A DNA stretch of 64,000 bases from the IMG/VR virus record IMGVR_UViG_3300045988_155520, positions 160,001 through 224,000 of that record. One strand, written 5' to 3'. This document shows, piece by piece, positions 61,385-64,000 of the stretch. The number at the start of each line of letters is the position of its first letter. Position 1 is the stretch's first letter. The notes under the pieces are model-generated. The model was not told the origin of the DNA and did no database searches. It saw only the letters and a program-made list of their open reading frames with translations. The stretch is from a virus. A program made the translations under genes and the position numbers.

Positions 61385-62119
61385 TTAACAACCTTTACAA
61401 CTTTCAATGTCGTTGTATGTTTCCTCTACATACTTAACAATTCGTTCATAGTTACGACCGCTTAACTCACTATCTTCATAAGCCTTCTTTATTAGTTCCT
61501 CGCTTGTTCCATAGAAACAACCTACTTTCCACATATTATTAGGACGTGTGTACGTGAAATAACGTCCGCTACTCCATATGTTCTTTCCAACATAATAATC
61601 AGACATTTCCTTAATTTCAACATTACCACATATCACTGCTTTACCTTTGACAGAAGTTTTAATAACTGAATTACCAAAAACAAGTACATTATCGGTAATT
61701 AAAGCATGACTATAAATCATGGCATTCTCATAAACTTGTGCATAATCATGAAGACTTGCATTTTCAAATATTTGGGCATTATCTGATAAAATAACATTAT
61801 CAAAAATCTTTGCATTGCCAAATACTTTTACATTGTCATAAACGGTCACATCATCAAAGATTTTTGCATTGTCATATATTTGTGCATAACCTGTAACAGT
61901 AGCGTTTCCACAAACACGTGCGTCACCATATACCATTGCCTCATGATAAATCCAACAATTACCTTTTTGAGAAAGGTTTTCCTCCTTCTCAACCCAACCG
62001 CCTAAGTCACCCTTATGAAGATTTCTAAAATCTCGTAATAGTTCAATACGATAGAGTTTGTGACCATTATATGACATTGTAAGGTCTTCTCTCAACTTAA
62101 ACTTCTTTTCTGTTTTCAT
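61385..62119 (-). CDS. Left-handed-beta-helix-like repeat protein (244 aa from ATG 62119; track ORF extends to 62167), paralog of 51789..52502
   Basis: MKTEKKFKLREDLTMSYNGHKLYRIELL versus METKKYKIRKDLSYTFDGHKLYRVEAL. ATG 62119 has the conserved GAATTATG context. Confidence 0.7.
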   Translation of the reverse strand: MKTEKKFKLREDLTMSYNGHKLYRIELLRDFRNLHKGDLGGWVEKEENLSQKGNCWIYHEAMVYGDARVCGNATVTGYAQIYDNAKIFDDVTVYDNVKVFGNAKIFDNVILSDNAQIFENASLHDYAQVYENAMIYSHALITDNVLVFGNSVIKTSVKGKAVICGNVEIKEMSDYYVGKNIWSSGRYFTYTRPNNMWKVGCFYGTSEELIKKAYEDSELSGRNYERIVKYVEETYNDIESCKGC

Positions 62120-62164
62120 AATTCTATTTGTTTTAATTGTTTGTTTACTATTGAAATACGATTG

Positions 62165-62172
62165 CAAAATTA
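62165..62172 (-). promoter_or_regulatory. -7 box
   Basis: Sense TAATTTTG, about 46 nt upstream of ATG 62119. Confidence 0.5.
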
Positions 62173-62300
62173 ATCATAATAATTGAAACTACCAAAAATA
62201 TTATATTAATAAAAGTTAACTACATACTAAAAATAAAAGTGACATAACCTTCATATAGGAAAGTTACGCCACTATAAACAAATTATCGAACTATGAACAT

Positions 62301-62654
62301 TTAAATTTCGTCCTCCTTCTCATCAAATTCCTTTTTAAGACTCTCTTCAATAGCATTGATAACTTTATTGTTAATCGGTAATTCCGAAGATAGATACAAT
62401 GTCTTAAACCTTCCATTATCACCATTAACAAACATAGCCTTGAATATTTGTCCGTTATAATTCAAATACCAATCAGTATGTTTACTGAAAGTATGTACGG
62501 GTCTTCCTAATTGATTAACAATATCCCTACGAATTAAGTCCACATCAACAACGGACATATCAATAAGATTTAATTCATAGTCAATCTTATCAAACTCTTC
62601 CTCTGTATATGATTTCAAGTCCTCCAAATGTTTTTTTAAAAACGTCTGTTTCAT
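62301..62654 (-). CDS. Hypothetical protein (117 aa from ATG 62654; track ORF extends to 62696), N-terminal-domain paralog of the 60722/63264 family
   Basis: ATG 62654 has the GAATTATG context. HTDWYLNYNGQIFKAMF. Confidence 0.65.
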   Translation of the reverse strand: MKQTFLKKHLEDLKSYTEEEFDKIDYELNLIDMSVVDVDLIRRDIVNQLGRPVHTFSKHTDWYLNYNGQIFKAMFVNGDNGRFKTLYLSSELPINNKVINAIEESLKKEFDEKEDEI

Positions 62655-62679
62655 AATTCTAAATGTTTTAGTTGTTTTA

Positions 62680-62976
62680 TTAAAAGTTATTGTCAAGATA
62701 TTTTAACAACTCACGAAAAGTATCACCAGTAAAAGAATCTGTACTGATAGGGGCATTATCTTCCTCTAAATCATCATAATAACAAAAATTGTAATATAAT
62801 ATATCATTTTCAATGTAAAGACTTTGTAGTTCAATTTCTACATCATCTTCATTAATATAAAAATCATTTTCTATTGTTATCTTTCCTCCTTTGTTCTCAA
62901 CAAATTCTTTAATAGCATCGACAATAGACTTTTTAATATCATCATATTGCTTGATAAGTTCTTTAATTTTATCCAT
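62680..62976 (-). CDS. Hypothetical acidic protein (98 aa)
   Basis: ORF track. Confidence 0.65.
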   Translation of the reverse strand: MDKIKELIKQYDDIKKSIVDAIKEFVENKGGKITIENDFYINEDDVEIELQSLYIENDILYYNFCYYDDLEEDNAPISTDSFTGDTFRELLKYLDNNF

Positions 62977-63000
62977 AATTTTAATATTGATTTATGACTG

Positions 63001-63008
63001 CAAAGATA
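63001..63008 (-). promoter_or_regulatory. -7 box
   Basis: Sense TATCTTTG, about 25 nt upstream of ATG 62976. Confidence 0.6.
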
Positions 63009-63084
63009 GATAATAAATCTCAAACAGCCAAAAGAAATTAAATGTTTAACATATAATTAACAATTCAAAAACAAACGCTATATT

Positions 63085-63114
63085 GATATAATATATACGC
63101 ATACGAATGAAAGA
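63085..63114 (+). repeat. Alternating purine-pyrimidine element, copy C
   Basis: GATATAATATATACGCATACGAATGAAAGA. Confidence 0.7.
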
Positions 63115-63211
63115 ATTATCAAACATGAAATAAAAGCGTTTTAAGACGTTGAAATACATCTAAGTGAACAATTATACTAAACTATAGTTTAAAACGCTTA
63201 GAACGAAAGAA

Positions 63212-63249
63212 AAGCGGTATATAAGCAATTCTATGCAAATACACCGCTT
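63212..63249 (-). terminator. Hairpin terminator
   Basis: AAGCGGT-N24-ACCGCTT. Confidence 0.5.
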
Positions 63250-63263
63250 AAACATTTATAGAA

Positions 63264-63815
63264 TTATGTTTGCCAAAAGCCGTCTTTTATAAGTTTATCT
63301 ATATCTAAATGAGTTGAAATCAACCTACATAACCAATCTTTTAAAAGTTTGTTATGTGGTTCCGTACTCTCCCCTTCGATTTGTAGAAAATACTCGTACC
63401 AAATTTCTTTACTGAAATAATGGTTTGTTATTTTAATAAGTTCGTCATTTGACAAGTTATGTAGTTTTTCTCTAAAACTAATTTCATACTTTGTGAAATA
63501 GTTTAATAACTTATCGGCAATTTCCAAGCTACATTCCTTTGTACCTTTAATTTTAAGGTAACAATAGTTTGTACTATCTACATCATCTTTTGAAAATGTA
63601 AGAGTATAGATACCTTCGTGAATTTGTAAATACCATGTAGCACTATATGGTTCACTATTTGCAGCCCTTCCCAATTGAAAAAAGAGTTCCATAGTAGGAT
63701 ATTCAATCTTTTTGACACAAAGCATATTAAAATTATTCAACTTGTCTTTTTCTATCTCGTCATGTTGAAGGGATATTGCATAAGTGCCTAAATGTAAACC
63801 GAAAATAGGTAACAT
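63264..63815 (-). CDS. Hypothetical protein (183 aa), paralog of 60722..61276
   Basis: ORF track plus paralogy. Confidence 0.7.
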   Translation of the reverse strand: MLPIFGLHLGTYAISLQHDEIEKDKLNNFNMLCVKKIEYPTMELFFQLGRAANSEPYSATWYLQIHEGIYTLTFSKDDVDSTNYCYLKIKGTKECSLEIADKLLNYFTKYEISFREKLHNLSNDELIKITNHYFSKEIWYEYFLQIEGESTEPHNKLLKDWLCRLISTHLDIDKLIKDGFWQT

Positions 63816-63843
63816 AAATGTATGTTTTGAAAATTAATATTAT

Positions 63844-63880
63844 TATAAGTGCTATCAACATTCAATCAATAGCACTTATA
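63844..63880 (-). terminator. Rho-independent terminator
   Basis: TATAAGTGCTAT-N13-ATAGCACTTATA (12 bp). Confidence 0.75.
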
Positions 63881-63894
63881 TTTTGTTATCTTAC

Positions 63895-64000
63895 TTACTT
63901 CTTTCTTACAAAATACTTTCCGTCGTAAAAGTCGTAAATATCATATGTAGGGTTTTTGCTACAGATATTTTTCAAAGGTTCATATAAGAACTCTGAAATT
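63895..64000 (-). CDS. C-terminal 34 codons of a gene that starts beyond the right window edge
   Basis: My translation: ..ISEFLYEPLKNICSKNPTYDIYDFYDGKYFVRKK*. Open to nt 64000. Confidence 0.5.
   Translation of the reverse strand, partial: ISEFLYEPLKNICSKNPTYDIYDFYDGKYFVRKK

Noticed and set aside
1-64000. Alternative genetic code or stop-codon reassignment, prompted by the in-frame TAA at 22781 and the broken ORFs
   Set aside because: Nearly all genes, including 600-885-codon ORFs, read through cleanly in the standard code. The interruptions are one isolated TAA and three frame offsets, not recurrent in-frame stops of one type.

Overview
This is a very AT-rich double-stranded DNA phage segment with no rRNA, tRNA or CRISPR array. 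All homology calls were made by eye from remembered family motifs; nothing was searched.

**Left third (1-17.9 kb, mostly minus strand).** It holds a T4-type head and packaging core:
- a gp21-like prohead protease
- a gp20-like portal interrupted by a mini-intein
- a gp17-like large terminase
- very acidic proteins
- nucleotide metabolism genes (ThyA, a P-loop protein)

A TnpB (IS200/IS605 OrfB) gene runs off the left edge next to the protease gene.

**Middle (18-45 kb, alternating strands).** It encodes:
- a ClpA/ClpC-like unfoldase and a lytic transglycosylase
- BspA-type LRR proteins, two of them interrupted
- two Pol-beta-type nucleotidyltransferases
- an SF1 helicase, a thioredoxin and a T4 gp1-like dNMP kinase
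- two metallophosphoesterases
- an HExxH protein with an ArdC-like region
- an amino-methyltransferase operon
- three paralogous LPxNL-repeat proteins, one fused to a Thg1-like domain

**Right third (45.5-64 kb, all minus strand).** It is a hyperplastic array of about 36 small ORFs in paralog families. These are driven by about 18 copies of a modular promoter cassette: a TTAAC direct repeat, TTTG, TAnnTTTG, and one of three conserved leaders.

The promoter type, the lack of Shine-Dalgarno sequences and the BspA-LRR genes point to a Bacteroidota host.

**Leads most worth checking:**
- the atypical portal intein
- a shared N-terminal ...LTE motif that matches gp21 cleavage specificity
- homopolymer-split genes
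- the LRR-Thg1-like fusion
- a 30-nt alternating purine-pyrimidine intergenic element present in both orientations
- a 0.7-kb non-coding iteron region
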